A stretch of DNA of 28,553 bases from Anaerolineae bacterium (GTDB taxonomy: Bacteria; Chloroflexota; Anaerolineae; 4572-78; J111). Of the stretch, positions 17,493 through 26,922 are shown one piece after another. Each line of letters starts with the position of its first letter. Positions within the stretch are counted from its first letter, which is position 1. The stretch is from NCBI GenBank assembly GCA_041576335.1, contig JBFGLD010000001.1, forward strand, positions 1 to 28,553. Reading direction: 5' to 3'. The notes below the pieces were generated by a model, which had not been told where the DNA came from, searched no databases, and saw only the letters and a list, made by a program, of their open reading frames with translations. The position numbers were made by a program, and so were the translations under genes.

Positions 17493-17813
17493 TCAAGTTT
17501 TTGAAGGAATAAAGAATTGAAACACCTTTTTTGCCGGCACAACGCGCTCTTCATAATCACGAACAAATTTTAGTAATTTTTCTTTAGCGGTTCGCCATTC
17601 ATCGCTTTGCATAACCGTACGCAGATTCTGTTCACTTTCGGCCCGCAGGGCGATAAGACGCATAGGATAATCGCCATAGGCTGTATGCCAGCCTTCAACC
17701 ATGATCAAATCCATATTTTGTAGCGTAGGCAAAAACTCACCCAATACATATCGATAATATTCCGCTTCTCTATTAGGCCTAATATTATAGGCAAGCAAAA
17801 GTTTAACTTCCAT
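17493..17813 (-). CDS. Small hypothetical protein, possibly NIPSNAP-like alpha/beta barrel
   Basis: 106-aa ORF with AAAGG SD and an extended -10 promoter. The pattern YNIRPNREAEY...GWHTAYG resembles dimeric alpha-beta barrel proteins. Confidence 0.7.
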   Translation of the reverse strand: MEVKLLLAYNIRPNREAEYYRYVLGEFLPTLQNMDLIMVEGWHTAYGDYPMRLIALRAESEQNLRTVMQSDEWRTAKEKLLKFVRDYEERVVPAKKVFQFFIPSKT

Positions 17814-17833
17814 GCTAAACCTTTATCTAATGC

Positions 17834-17842
17834 ATTATATCA
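17834..17842 (-). promoter_or_regulatory. Extended -10 promoter for the 106-aa gene
   Basis: Minus strand TG-A-TATAAT, about 20 nt upstream of the ATG at 17813. Confidence 0.6.
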
Positions 17843-17975
17843 TGGGGTTAGCCACACTGCTATAGGAAATTTGACGGTAAATGCATTAACCGGATGCTTC
17901 AATTATATCACGCTGCTACTGATTACCAAAATGGGCGAAAAGCTCTCTAGGGTTAGAGCGAATGCCGTTGCTTAC

Positions 17976-18004
17976 TTGCAACAGTGAAAAGTTCATGGTA
18001 TAAT
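17976..18004 (+). promoter_or_regulatory. Sigma70 promoter of the nusA operon
   Basis: TTGCAA (17976-17981), 17-bp spacer, TATAAT (17999-18004), with extended TG at 17996-17997. Confidence 0.85.
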
Positions 18005-18037
18005 TCCGTCGCGTTAGAAAAGAAGCGTAGGAACAGG

Positions 18038-18066
18038 AAAGTGGGTAGCCCCCACTTTTCTTTTAT
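18038..18066 (+). terminator. Leader hairpin / attenuator-like terminator upstream of nusA
   Basis: AAAGTGGG-TAGCC-CCCACTTT followed by TCTTTTAT, between the promoter and the nusA start. Confidence 0.65.
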
Positions 18067-18113
18067 GTTATCAGGTATTTACTGTCTTAGTTAGTTGGGA
18101 GGCATAGAACGTC

Positions 18114-19892
18114 GTGAAAAACGATTTCATGATGGCTATCAACCAGGTTTGTCACGAGCGGCAACTACCGCTAGATATCGTGTTGGAGGCTGTGGAAGTG
18201 GCCCTAATTTCCGCCTACAAACGAAATTTTAGCGGCAACCACGTGACTGCCGAAATAGAACCAAAATCTGGCGAACCGCTTATTTTTGTTGACAAGATGG
18301 TCGTCGACGAAGTTCAGGATGAGAAAAGCGAAATCCTATTAGAAGAGGCCAGAAAAGTCGATCCAAAGGCAGACGTTGGTGGCCTGGTTTACATCGAGAG
18401 CACGCCGGCCAATTTTGGTCGGATTGCAGCCCAAACGGCAAAACAAGTTATTCTACAACGCATCCGCGAAGCTGAACGCGATGCCCTTTACAGTGCTTAT
18501 GCTGAGCGTGAGGGAGAAATTGTTAACGGAACTGTTCACAAAATTGACCCTCATCAGGTGACGCTTTCCTTAGGAAAAGTCGAAGCATATTTGCCCCGGT
18601 CAGAGCAGATCCCAACCGAGCGCTACTCGGAAGGGCAACGGCTGCGAGCTTACGTTTCGTCGGTATCCAAGGCGAGTCGCGGCCCGCAGATTACCGTTTC
18701 CCGAACACATCGTAATATGTTGCGTCGTTTGCTAGAGGTTGAAGTTCCGGAGATTTACAACGGGACTGTCGAAATTAAATCAATCGCCCGAGAAGCCGGC
18801 TATCGTTCTAAGGTAGCTGTGGCGGCTTTGCAAGAAGGGGTTGATCCGGTTGGTTCATGTGTGGGCATGCGAGGTTCGCGTATTCAAAATATCGTCAACG
18901 AACTCAGCGGTGAAAAAATAGATGTGGTTCAGTGGAATCCGGATCTCTCTTTTTTCATCGCCAACTCGTTGAGCCCGGCCAAAGTGATGAACGTCATGCT
19001 CCATGATGAGCAGGGAAAAACAGCCGAAGTTGTTGTGCCGGATAAGCAGTTATCGCTGGCAATTGGTAAAGAAGGGCAAAATGCGCGCTTGGCTGCAAAG
19101 CTCACCATGTGGCGCATCGACATCAAAAGTGCCAGCGAAGCAGTCCGCGAGGCCATAGAAAAAGCCAAAAATGTTGAAGTGCTTCGAGAGCGCGTGGTCG
19201 ATAAGGCCGACCTTTTCAACGCAGCCGCAGCAGTTTTGGACGGTAGAGAGCCGATTGAATTCACCGAGGGCGAACTTAACCTACTGAGTGAAGCCATCGA
19301 AGCCATCAATTTGGCCGAAATGGCCATTGAACGTGAGCGTAAAGCTAAGTTGGCTGCCGAAGCTCAAGCGGCAAAAGAAGCAGCCAGAGCACGAGATATT
19401 TTGGCTGAAGCCGAGGAAATCCTAAGCGGTAAAATGGCAGCACCGGCCGATGTCGAATCAGAAATAGCTGTCGCTGAGGCCGCCCAAGATACGGAAGCTG
19501 AAACGGAACTCGAAACCGCTGAAGAGGTAGCGATGGGAGCCAAGGTTTCAACCGAGGCCGAGCTACAGCCTGTTTTGGAAAAAGTTACCTCTGAAGGGGA
19601 ACCTGAACCGGTAACTGAAACTCCCGAAAAGTTGATTGCGGAAGCAGAGGCAATCCTGGCTGAAACAATCACCGAAGAGGCAACTCTTACAGCCGAGGAT
19701 ATTGAGGTTGGAGAGTGGGACGACGAAGACGAAATGGATGAAATCGCCAAAGCGCGCGAAAAGAAGGAGGCTCGCCGCAAGAAACGTCGGCTCGTGTTCG
19801 ACGAACGGTTAGGCGAGGTTGTTGCCGAGCGTCGCCGCAAGCGAAATCGCCGCTCAGACGATTGGCTTGATTTCGACGAGGACGATGTTTAA
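18114..19892 (+). CDS. nusA: Transcription termination/antitermination factor NusA with long C-terminal extension
   Basis: [14 protein letters not shown]1 domain, [23 protein letters not shown] and [18 protein letters not shown]. Confidence 0.98.
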   Translation: MKNDFMMAINQVCHERQLPLDIVLEAVEVALISAYKRNFSGNHVTAEIEPKSGEPLIFVDKMVVDEVQDEKSEILLEEARKVDPKADVGGLVYIESTPANFGRIAAQTAKQVILQRIREAERDALYSAYAEREGEIVNGTVHKIDPHQVTLSLGKVEAYLPRSEQIPTERYSEGQRLRAYVSSVSKASRGPQITVSRTHRNMLRRLLEVEVPEIYNGTVEIKSIAREAGYRSKVAVAALQEGVDPVGSCVGMRGSRIQNIVNELSGEKIDVVQWNPDLSFFIANSLSPAKVMNVMLHDEQGKTAEVVVPDKQLSLAIGKEGQNARLAAKLTMWRIDIKSASEAVREAIEKAKNVEVLRERVVDKADLFNAAAAVLDGREPIEFTEGELNLLSEAIEAINLAEMAIERERKAKLAAEAQAAKEAARARDILAEAEEILSGKMAAPADVESEIAVAEAAQDTEAETELETAEEVAMGAKVSTEAELQPVLEKVTSEGEPEPVTETPEKLIAEAEAILAETITEEATLTAEDIEVGEWDDEDEMDEIAKAREKKEARRKKRRLVFDERLGEVVAERRRKRNRRSDDWLDFDEDDV

Positions 19893-19902
19893 TTTTTGTG
19901 CT

Positions 19903-20184
19903 ATGGCCCGACCAAGACATCGGCCGCAAAGAACGTGCATCGCTTGCCGAACGACCCAAGACAAGCGTGGCCTTATTCGCATAGTTCGTACCCCAGAAGG
20001 AGACAGTGTCCTTGATCCGACCGGCAAAGCCAACGGTCGTGGGGCGTATCTATGCCACCAGCCTGCTTGTTGGGAAAACGGGCTGAAAAAAAAGCTGTTG
20101 TCTAACGCCTTAAAAGCAATAATACCAACAGAGCAATTGGAAATATTACTAGCTCAATTGGAAAGCGAATTTTCAAAGGTATAA
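19903..20184 (+). CDS. ylxR: YlxR (DUF448 / RnpM) family protein
   Basis: I prefer ATG 19903. PQRTCIACR, LIRIVR, DPTGKANGRGAYLC; conserved position after nusA. Confidence 0.93.
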   Translation: MARPRHRPQRTCIACRTTQDKRGLIRIVRTPEGDSVLDPTGKANGRGAYLCHQPACWENGLKKKLLSNALKAIIPTEQLEILLAQLESEFSKV

Positions 20185-20751
20185 ATAGACTATCTTCTGT
20201 TGATTATGTTCAAATTGAACAATAGAGTTATCGTTGCTGGTGCTTTGAGGTTAACAAAGGAATATGAGTTGTGATGAGCAGGCACCTTGAATCGCGTGGG
20301 GCAAGGCTTTATGAATAGTTAATACGCGCACATCCTGTTTAGTAAGACCAATTCTCCGCATAAAGCCACCGAATCCCCCACATGATGTTACCGCTTATTA
20401 CCTCAAAAACACCACAATTTTTAATCTTTTGTCTGTGTAGCTTTAAGGCCGTATAGGCCTGGTGAGTTCAGCAGGCTATCGGAAATGATGTTTTTGACCG
20501 ATAGTTTCGCTTGTGTGCGTTTGCAGAAATTCCCTGCGGAGCTACGCAGGCAATAAATAATAAGAGGAACTTTTGAAAGGATACGATCCTGTATCCTGAG
20601 TAATATTGTGAGTCACTTTAGTTCCATAAAGGCTGAAGTAGTTCCGGCAGGGCCAGGCCTGTTGGCAGATGCAGCCAAGATGTACTGACGTTGGCCGTGA
20701 GCCAATATCGATTGAAATTAACTCAATATTTTTCTTAGAGAGGTGGGTATC

Positions 20752-22581
20752 ATGGCTACTAACGATCCTACAACTAAAACTGCGGCAACTAATGGCAAAA
20801 CTATAGAAGTACCGCCCGTGATTACAGTCAGAGAGCTGGCGAACTTAATTTCCATCAGTCCCATCGAAATCATCAAGCAGTTGATGAACAATGGTATTAT
20901 GGCCAACATTAACCAACAAATCGACTTTGATACGGTCGTAATTATCGGCGAGGAATTGGGCTATGAAGTGGTTCCACCGCAAGTTGCCGAGGCAGAGCTA
21001 GCGGTAGAGGAACCAACCGTACCGTTTCAGAAGCGCCTGATTGCGAATGAAGATCCGGCCAATCTAAAACCACGCCCGCCCGTCGTAACTGTGCTTGGAC
21101 ACGTCGATCACGGAAAAACAACCTTGCTTGACTCGATTAGACAATCCCACGTCGTAAAAGGCGAGGCTGGAGGTATTACACAGCACATCGGGGCTTATCA
21201 GGTTTTTTTGGGAGACCGTTCGATTACATTTTTGGATACCCCCGGGCACGCCGCCTTTACCGCAATGCGGGCCCGTGGGGCCCAGGTGACAGATTTAGCT
21301 ATCCTGGTTGTCGCAGCCGACGATGGGGTGATGCCCCAAACCCGTGAAGCTATCGAACACGCCAGAGCAGCCGGGGTCCCCATCATTGTAGCCATCAATA
21401 AAATGGACAAAGATAACGCCAACGCGGATCGAGTCAAACAAGAACTTGCCGATGTCGATCTGGTGGCCGAGGATTGGGGCGGCAACACCATCATGGTTCC
21501 GGTTTCGGCAACAGAAAACATCGGTATCGACGATCTACTTGAAAACATCTTGCTGGTGACCGACGTAGGGGAGCTCAAGGGGAATCCCGACCGCCTGGCC
21601 CAGGGCGTCGTAATCGAGGGCAAAGTTGATAAAAGAAGGGGGGTCTCAGCCACGTTATTGGTGCAGAACGGCAACCTGAACATGGGTGACACGCTGGTCG
21701 TGGGCAAGCAGTATGGTCGGGTGCGGGCCATGTTTAATGACAAAGGCAAGCGAATCAAGCGCGCCGGCCTGTCCGTACCTGTGTCGGTTTTAGGGCTATC
21801 TGAAGTGCCGGATGCAGGGGAGTTCTTCGAAGTTGTATCAACTGAAAAGGGAGCCCGAGCAATTGTCGGGGAACGAGAAGAGGAAGCACTTCTTTTACGG
21901 TCGACGTCTACCGGCCCACGCCGCGCGATTACCCTGGAAGAATTTTTCAAACAGCGAGAGGACCAGGGAGATCAAACGCTCAACCTGATCCTCAAAGTCG
22001 ATGTGCAAGGTTCGCTGGAGCCTATCGTCAATTCTTTGAACGAATTAGCTCAAGATGACGCCAAGTTAAAAGTAAAGTTGCTGCTGGAAGGCACGGGCAA
22101 CATTTCGGAGTCGGACGTCAACCTGGCCATCGCCTCGGGGGCGATTATCATTGGCTTTAACGTCGAAGTAGACTCTGGGGCCGAGCGGTTAGCCGAAACA
22201 GAGGGCGTAGATGTTCGCCAATACCGGGTTATCTACAAACTCATCGATGACATCGACCGGGCCCTCAAGGGATTACTCGAACCCGAATATGCCGATAAAG
22301 TTATCGGCCACGCCGAAGTTCGGGCTATGTTTAGGATACCAAAACGCGGGCGGGTAGCCGGCTGTTATGTTTTGGAAGGTAAAATTGCTCGCAATGCCCA
22401 AGCACGCGTTATTCGCAACAAACAACCCATTCATGAGGGCAAATTCTCATCTCTCAAGCGCTTTACCGAAGATGTTCGCGAGGTGGCAACCGGTTTCGAA
22501 TGCGGTATCGGTATCGAAAACTTTAATGACTTTGAGGAAGGCGATATTATTGAGGCCTACGTTAAAGAGCGTATCAATTAA
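20752..22581 (+). CDS. infB: Translation initiation factor IF-2, short N-terminus
   Basis: I prefer ATG 20752 (GAGAGG SD). RPPVVTVLGHVDHGKT, DTPGH, NKMD, EVATGFECG. Confidence 0.98.
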   Translation: MATNDPTTKTAATNGKTIEVPPVITVRELANLISISPIEIIKQLMNNGIMANINQQIDFDTVVIIGEELGYEVVPPQVAEAELAVEEPTVPFQKRLIANEDPANLKPRPPVVTVLGHVDHGKTTLLDSIRQSHVVKGEAGGITQHIGAYQVFLGDRSITFLDTPGHAAFTAMRARGAQVTDLAILVVAADDGVMPQTREAIEHARAAGVPIIVAINKMDKDNANADRVKQELADVDLVAEDWGGNTIMVPVSATENIGIDDLLENILLVTDVGELKGNPDRLAQGVVIEGKVDKRRGVSATLLVQNGNLNMGDTLVVGKQYGRVRAMFNDKGKRIKRAGLSVPVSVLGLSEVPDAGEFFEVVSTEKGARAIVGEREEEALLLRSTSTGPRRAITLEEFFKQREDQGDQTLNLILKVDVQGSLEPIVNSLNELAQDDAKLKVKLLLEGTGNISESDVNLAIASGAIIIGFNVEVDSGAERLAETEGVDVRQYRVIYKLIDDIDRALKGLLEPEYADKVIGHAEVRAMFRIPKRGRVAGCYVLEGKIARNAQARVIRNKQPIHEGKFSSLKRFTEDVREVATGFECGIGIENFNDFEEGDIIEAYVKERIN

Positions 22582-22592
22582 ATTAGCAGCCA

Positions 22593-22973
22593 ATGCCTAG
22601 TCGACGCCAAAGAAAAGTAGCCGAATTGCTCCATAAAGAAATTAGCGCCCTTATCCAACATCAAGCCCACGATCCGAGGTTGGGCTTTGTTACCGTGACC
22701 GGGGTTGATATTAGCCCCGATTTGCAGCAGGCGCGGGTGTACGTCACCGTATTGGGGGATACTGCGGACATTGCGGAAACCCTGGCCGGCTTATCAAGCG
22801 CTACCGGCTATTTTCGGCATAAACTGGGGCAAGCGCTATCTTTGCGGCGCGTTCCCGAGCTATCCTTCAAGCTGGACGAGTCTTTGAGGTACGGTTTACA
22901 CATTGATAACATACTCGATACAATTAGTAAAGACTCGGCTGAAAGCGCGTCCAATCCTGAATCAAGCGATTGA
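22593..22973 (+). CDS. rbfA: Ribosome-binding factor A
   Basis: DPRLGFVTVTGVDISPDL...ARVY and RRVPELSFKLD; position after infB. Confidence 0.97.
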   Translation: MPSRRQRKVAELLHKEISALIQHQAHDPRLGFVTVTGVDISPDLQQARVYVTVLGDTADIAETLAGLSSATGYFRHKLGQALSLRRVPELSFKLDESLRYGLHIDNILDTISKDSAESASNPESSD

Positions 22974-23920
22974 TGCCGACGAAGCAAAGCAAGCTTTCGG
23001 GGATTCTCAATATCAACAAACCTCAAGGGTTCACGTCCCACGATGTCGTCGCCCGCGTGCGCAGCCTGAGTGGGCAGCGCAAAGTTGGCCATACCGGTAC
23101 TTTAGATCCCCTGGCTACGGGTGTCTTGTTGGTCTGTTTGGGCCAGGCTACAAGATTAATTGAATATTTGCAGCCCAGTCTCAAGCGATACCGGGCCACA
23201 ATTCGTTTTGGCATTGCGACCGATACCCTGGATGCTGAGGGGCAAGTGGTTGCCGAACACGATCCGTCAAGCTTAAATGAAGCGCAGCTGCGGCAGGTGT
23301 TGCCGGCGTTCATGGGGGAAATCAAACAGATTCCCCCTATTTTTTCTGCCTTAAAAAAAAATGGGCAACCTTTCTATAAATTGGCTCGTGCAGGCCTGCC
23401 CGTCAAAGTCAAACCGCGCTGGGTGACCATTCACGCGCTTGATTGGGTGGCGTGGCAGCCTCCCGATTTGACTCTGGATATTCTCTGCGCCCCCGGTACA
23501 TACATTCGCTCTTTGGCCCGAGACCTGGGTGACGCTGTCGATACGGGCGCTCATTTGGCCGGGTTGACCCGGACGGCCAACGGACAATGGCTCTTGGCCG
23601 AGGCGGTAGCTTTGGCCGAGTTGGACCGTGAAGTTAAAGCCGACCCGGCCGCGTGGCTAAAATATCTCCACCCTCCCGATCGAGCCGTAGCCCAGCTGCC
23701 CCGAGTGATTTTGACGGCAGAAAATGCCGTATCCGTCAAACACGGACGCCCTATCAAAATATCTGGCTTCGAAGCTAATTCAGCCACGGTTAACCAAGAG
23801 ACAAATAGGGGTCTGCTGCGTGCTTACGCGCCGAACGGAGATTTTCTGGCAATTTTGACGCAAGCCAAATCCAATGATAAACTTTGGCAACCTAAAAAGG
23901 TATTTCATTTTGGAGACTAA
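22973..23920 (+). CDS. truB: tRNA pseudouridine(55) synthase
   Basis: INKPQGFTSHDVV, KVGHTGTLDPLATGVL and GTYIRSLARDLG. ATG 22973 overlaps the rbfA stop (TGATG). Confidence 0.97.
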   Translation: MPTKQSKLSGILNINKPQGFTSHDVVARVRSLSGQRKVGHTGTLDPLATGVLLVCLGQATRLIEYLQPSLKRYRATIRFGIATDTLDAEGQVVAEHDPSSLNEAQLRQVLPAFMGEIKQIPPIFSALKKNGQPFYKLARAGLPVKVKPRWVTIHALDWVAWQPPDLTLDILCAPGTYIRSLARDLGDAVDTGAHLAGLTRTANGQWLLAEAVALAELDREVKADPAAWLKYLHPPDRAVAQLPRVILTAENAVSVKHGRPIKISGFEANSATVNQETNRGLLRAYAPNGDFLAILTQAKSNDKLWQPKKVFHFGD

Positions 23921-24019
23921 AAAGTTGTTGGTTCTACAAGCGCGGGGTAATTGGCGCCGGGCAGGCAGGTATCTGCTTACAATTATTTAGAATCCAGCAA
24001 CGACCGGCTTAATCAAGCT

Positions 24020-24994
24020 ATGGAAATATTCCGAGATCTTTTCGCCGTCAAACTGACCCATCCAACGGTGCTGACAATCGGTACGTTCGATGGTCTTCAT
24101 CTTGGTCACCAATACCTCATCAAACAGGTTACAGACTCAGCCGCGAATCGCCAGGCGCGATCCGCCGTTATTGCCTTTCATCCTCGGCCCAAGACGGTGC
24201 TGGCCCCGCATTTGCCTAACAACGACTATCTAACAACGCCCGAAGAGCGCATCGATTTATTTAGGGTCTTGGCCATTGATGCTTTAATTTTGATTCCCTT
24301 CACTTTATCGTTTGCCCAAACCACAGCCGATGACTTCATGAAGTTACTGGTCGATCGTCTAAACTTGGTTGAACTTTGGGCCGGGCATGATTTTGCCCTG
24401 GGCAAAAACCGCGAAGGGAATATTCAAAAATTGACGGTTTTAGGCCGCGACCTCGGCTACTCGGTCCAAGAATTCGAGCCACTTCTAATTGACGGTGAAA
24501 TAATCAGTAGTACGCGTATTCGCCAACTCATTACGGCGGGAGACGTACGCCGGGCAGCTTGCCTATTGGGACGTTACCCAGCGTTACGCAGCACTGTTAT
24601 CCGGGGTGCTCAACGAGGCCATACCCTCGGCTTTCCGACCGCCAATCTTTCCGTGTCGCCGGAGCGGTTGTTACCGGCCAACGGAGTTTACGCCACGTTT
24701 GCTACACTTCACCGAAATCATAAGCGCTATCCTGGCGTTACTAATATCGGCATTCGTCCCAGCTTTGGCGGTGATGCGCGCACAGTTGAAACCCATATCT
24801 TCGATTTCGAGCGGAATATCTACGACGAAACCGTCACCCTTGAATTTGTCGAGCATCTTCGTCCTGAAAAGAAATTTAATGGAATTGACGAGCTTGTCGC
24901 CCAGATCACGAACGACGCGACACAGGCGCGCAGCCTGCTCGGTGACGAAGCGCCCCAGCCTGAAACAGGAAATGACCAAAAGGGGGATACATGA
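24020..24994 (+). CDS. ribF: Bifunctional riboflavin kinase / FAD synthetase
   Basis: I prefer ATG 24020. IGTFDGLHLGHQ, ISSTRIR, LGFPTAN, NIGIRPSF and ETHIFDF. Confidence 0.96.
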   Translation: MEIFRDLFAVKLTHPTVLTIGTFDGLHLGHQYLIKQVTDSAANRQARSAVIAFHPRPKTVLAPHLPNNDYLTTPEERIDLFRVLAIDALILIPFTLSFAQTTADDFMKLLVDRLNLVELWAGHDFALGKNREGNIQKLTVLGRDLGYSVQEFEPLLIDGEIISSTRIRQLITAGDVRRAACLLGRYPALRSTVIRGAQRGHTLGFPTANLSVSPERLLPANGVYATFATLHRNHKRYPGVTNIGIRPSFGGDARTVETHIFDFERNIYDETVTLEFVEHLRPEKKFNGIDELVAQITNDATQARSLLGDEAPQPETGNDQKGDT

Positions 24995-25752
24995 TGCGTT
25001 TTGCCAACAAAGTTGCTCTCATCACCGGTGGAACCTCGGGCATCGGCAGGACGACAGCGACTCTGTTTGCCCGGGAAGGGGCTTATGTGGCCATTACCGG
25101 ACGTAATGAGGAGCGCGGACAAGCCGTCGTCGCTGAAATCGAACAAGAGGGTGGCCAGGCCATTTTTATCCGCTCGGATGTTCGCTTGGCCGTCGAATGC
25201 CGCCAGGCCGTAGAAACAACGCTGCAAACCTTTGGCCGGTTAGACATTCTCTTTAACAATGCCGGCGTCTTTTATCCCAATACCGTGCTGGATTGTACCG
25301 AGGAAGAATGGGACTTAACCATAGACATCAGCCTAAAAGGCAGCTTTTTGATGTCCAAATACGCCCTGCCCTCGATGATTGCCCAGGGTAGTGGCGTCAT
25401 TATCAACAACAGCTCCGGTTGGGGATTGGCCGGCGGCAGTGCAGCCGCCGCCTACTGCGCCGCTAAAGGCGGCATGGTCCTTCTAACCAGAGCGATGGCG
25501 ATTGACCATGCCCGCCAAGGCATTCGGATCAACTGTGTTTGTCCTGGTGACGTCGATACGCCTATGCTGCCAGATGATGCTCGACGCCGAGGTATGACCT
25601 GGGAAGCGTATTTAGCCGAAGCTTCTGACCGGCCGATGGGGCGCATTGGTCTGCCCCAGGAAATTGCCAAAGCAGTTCTTTTTTTGGCCTCAGATGACTC
25701 ATCGTTTGTGACCGGTGCCGCCCTGGTAGTAGATGGCGGCGGAATCGCTTAA
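24991..25752 (+). CDS. Classical SDR oxidoreductase (predicted NADP-preferring)
   Basis: TGGTSGIG, NNAG, YCAAK and VCPG; TGRNEER after beta2. ATGA overlap with the ribF stop. Confidence 0.93.
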   Translation: MMRFANKVALITGGTSGIGRTTATLFAREGAYVAITGRNEERGQAVVAEIEQEGGQAIFIRSDVRLAVECRQAVETTLQTFGRLDILFNNAGVFYPNTVLDCTEEEWDLTIDISLKGSFLMSKYALPSMIAQGSGVIINNSSGWGLAGGSAAAAYCAAKGGMVLLTRAMAIDHARQGIRINCVCPGDVDTPMLPDDARRRGMTWEAYLAEASDRPMGRIGLPQEIAKAVLFLASDDSSFVTGAALVVDGGGIA

Positions 25753-25764
25753 AAAGGAGATTCT

Positions 25765-26520
25765 ATGCGAGGTTTAGCCGATAAACGGGTTCTGGTCACG
25801 GGTGGTGCCAGCGGAATTGGGGCAGCCACGACCGCACGTTTTTTAGAGGAAGGCTCGCGTGTGGTCGTGCTCGACCGCGACGAAGCGGCCCGCCAGCGGA
25901 TCATCCAAGACCTGCCCGGGCTGAGCGGTACCATTAACGCCGATGTTGCCGATGCCGAGTCAGTTGCGCGTGCGTTCAAGGAGGTGGACAGCCTCATGGG
26001 CGGTATCGATGTGCTTATCAACAACGCCGGCATCAGCATCCAGAATCCCTTTCTGGAAATTACGCCTAAGCAGTGGCGTCGGGTTATCGAGGTTGACCTG
26101 AACGGCGTTTTTTATGTGGCGCAACAGGCCGCCCGCCGTATGCTGGCCCAGGGCGGCGGGGTAATCATTAATATGGGTTCGACCAATGCCCTGCGCGGAC
26201 ACCCCTGGTATGCCGATTACAACGCCGCTAAAGCGGGCGTGCTGACTTTAACCCAAACGATGGCTCTGGAGTTGGCTCCTACTATCCGCGTGGTGGCCGT
26301 CTGCCCCGGCTATGTGCTAACCCCTATGCAAGAAGCGGAATACTCCCCCGCAATGATGGAGAACCTCAATGCCCGGATTCCCCTTAGTCGCCAGGCTTAT
26401 CCCGAAGAAATCGCCGCTCTGTTTGCTTTTTTAGCTTCCGACGATGCGTCTTACATCACCGGGAGCCACTACATCATCGACGGTGGCGAAACCTTGGGGA
26501 CTATTGCCGGACAAAAATAA
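25765..26520 (+). CDS. Classical SDR oxidoreductase (predicted NAD-preferring)
   Basis: TGGASGIG, NNAG, YNAAK and VCPG; acidic VLDRD after beta2. AGGAGA SD. Confidence 0.93.
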   Translation: MRGLADKRVLVTGGASGIGAATTARFLEEGSRVVVLDRDEAARQRIIQDLPGLSGTINADVADAESVARAFKEVDSLMGGIDVLINNAGISIQNPFLEITPKQWRRVIEVDLNGVFYVAQQAARRMLAQGGGVIINMGSTNALRGHPWYADYNAAKAGVLTLTQTMALELAPTIRVVAVCPGYVLTPMQEAEYSPAMMENLNARIPLSRQAYPEEIAALFAFLASDDASYITGSHYIIDGGETLGTIAGQK

Positions 26521-26576
26521 TATTGAAACGCCATTGAGGCGGGTAGATACTTTGGGGTCGTGGCCATGTTTTTATC

Positions 26577-26783
26577 CTACTTCTGCTCGCCCAGCAGCCC
26601 GTCCAGCAAGAAATTCATGACTTGTTCGAAAGTGTCAAACTGCTCCTGGAGCTGCTCACCCGAGAGTTCTTGCAGCACAAATCGGTGTCTTGGCGGCTGA
26701 CCGGGCTTGACGGCCGGGTCTTGCCGGTAATTTAAGACGTAGGATTGATGAAAAGTCGTTTCGTCTCGATGCATCTTAGTCAC
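26577..26783 (-). CDS. Small hypothetical protein of the type seen beside BTAD regulators
   Basis: SYVLNY...HRFVLQEL...FDTFEQVMNFL resembles the SYLLRxW...WR..L...F..LE.L..FL pattern I associate with Chloroflexota BTAD loci (from recall). The start could be ATG 26774. Confidence 0.65.
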   Translation of the reverse strand: MTKMHRDETTFHQSYVLNYRQDPAVKPGQPPRHRFVLQELSGEQLQEQFDTFEQVMNFLLDGLLGEQK

Positions 26784-26922
26784 CTCGTTACGTTAACTTC
26801 TTCGTGATCAAAATTGTTCTGAGCAGCGTAGTGGCCAAAATCAACCGCACCGGCAAATGCCACGAAGAGGCCTCCACCGTTGGTCAACAGGGTCTGAATA
26901 AATGATGGAGTGGCGCTATTGC

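Noticed and set aside
19430-19720. Glu/Ala-rich NusA segment as a DNA tandem repeat or insertion element
   Set aside because: Low complexity exists at protein level only. There is no nucleotide repeat unit, terminal inverted repeat or target duplication.
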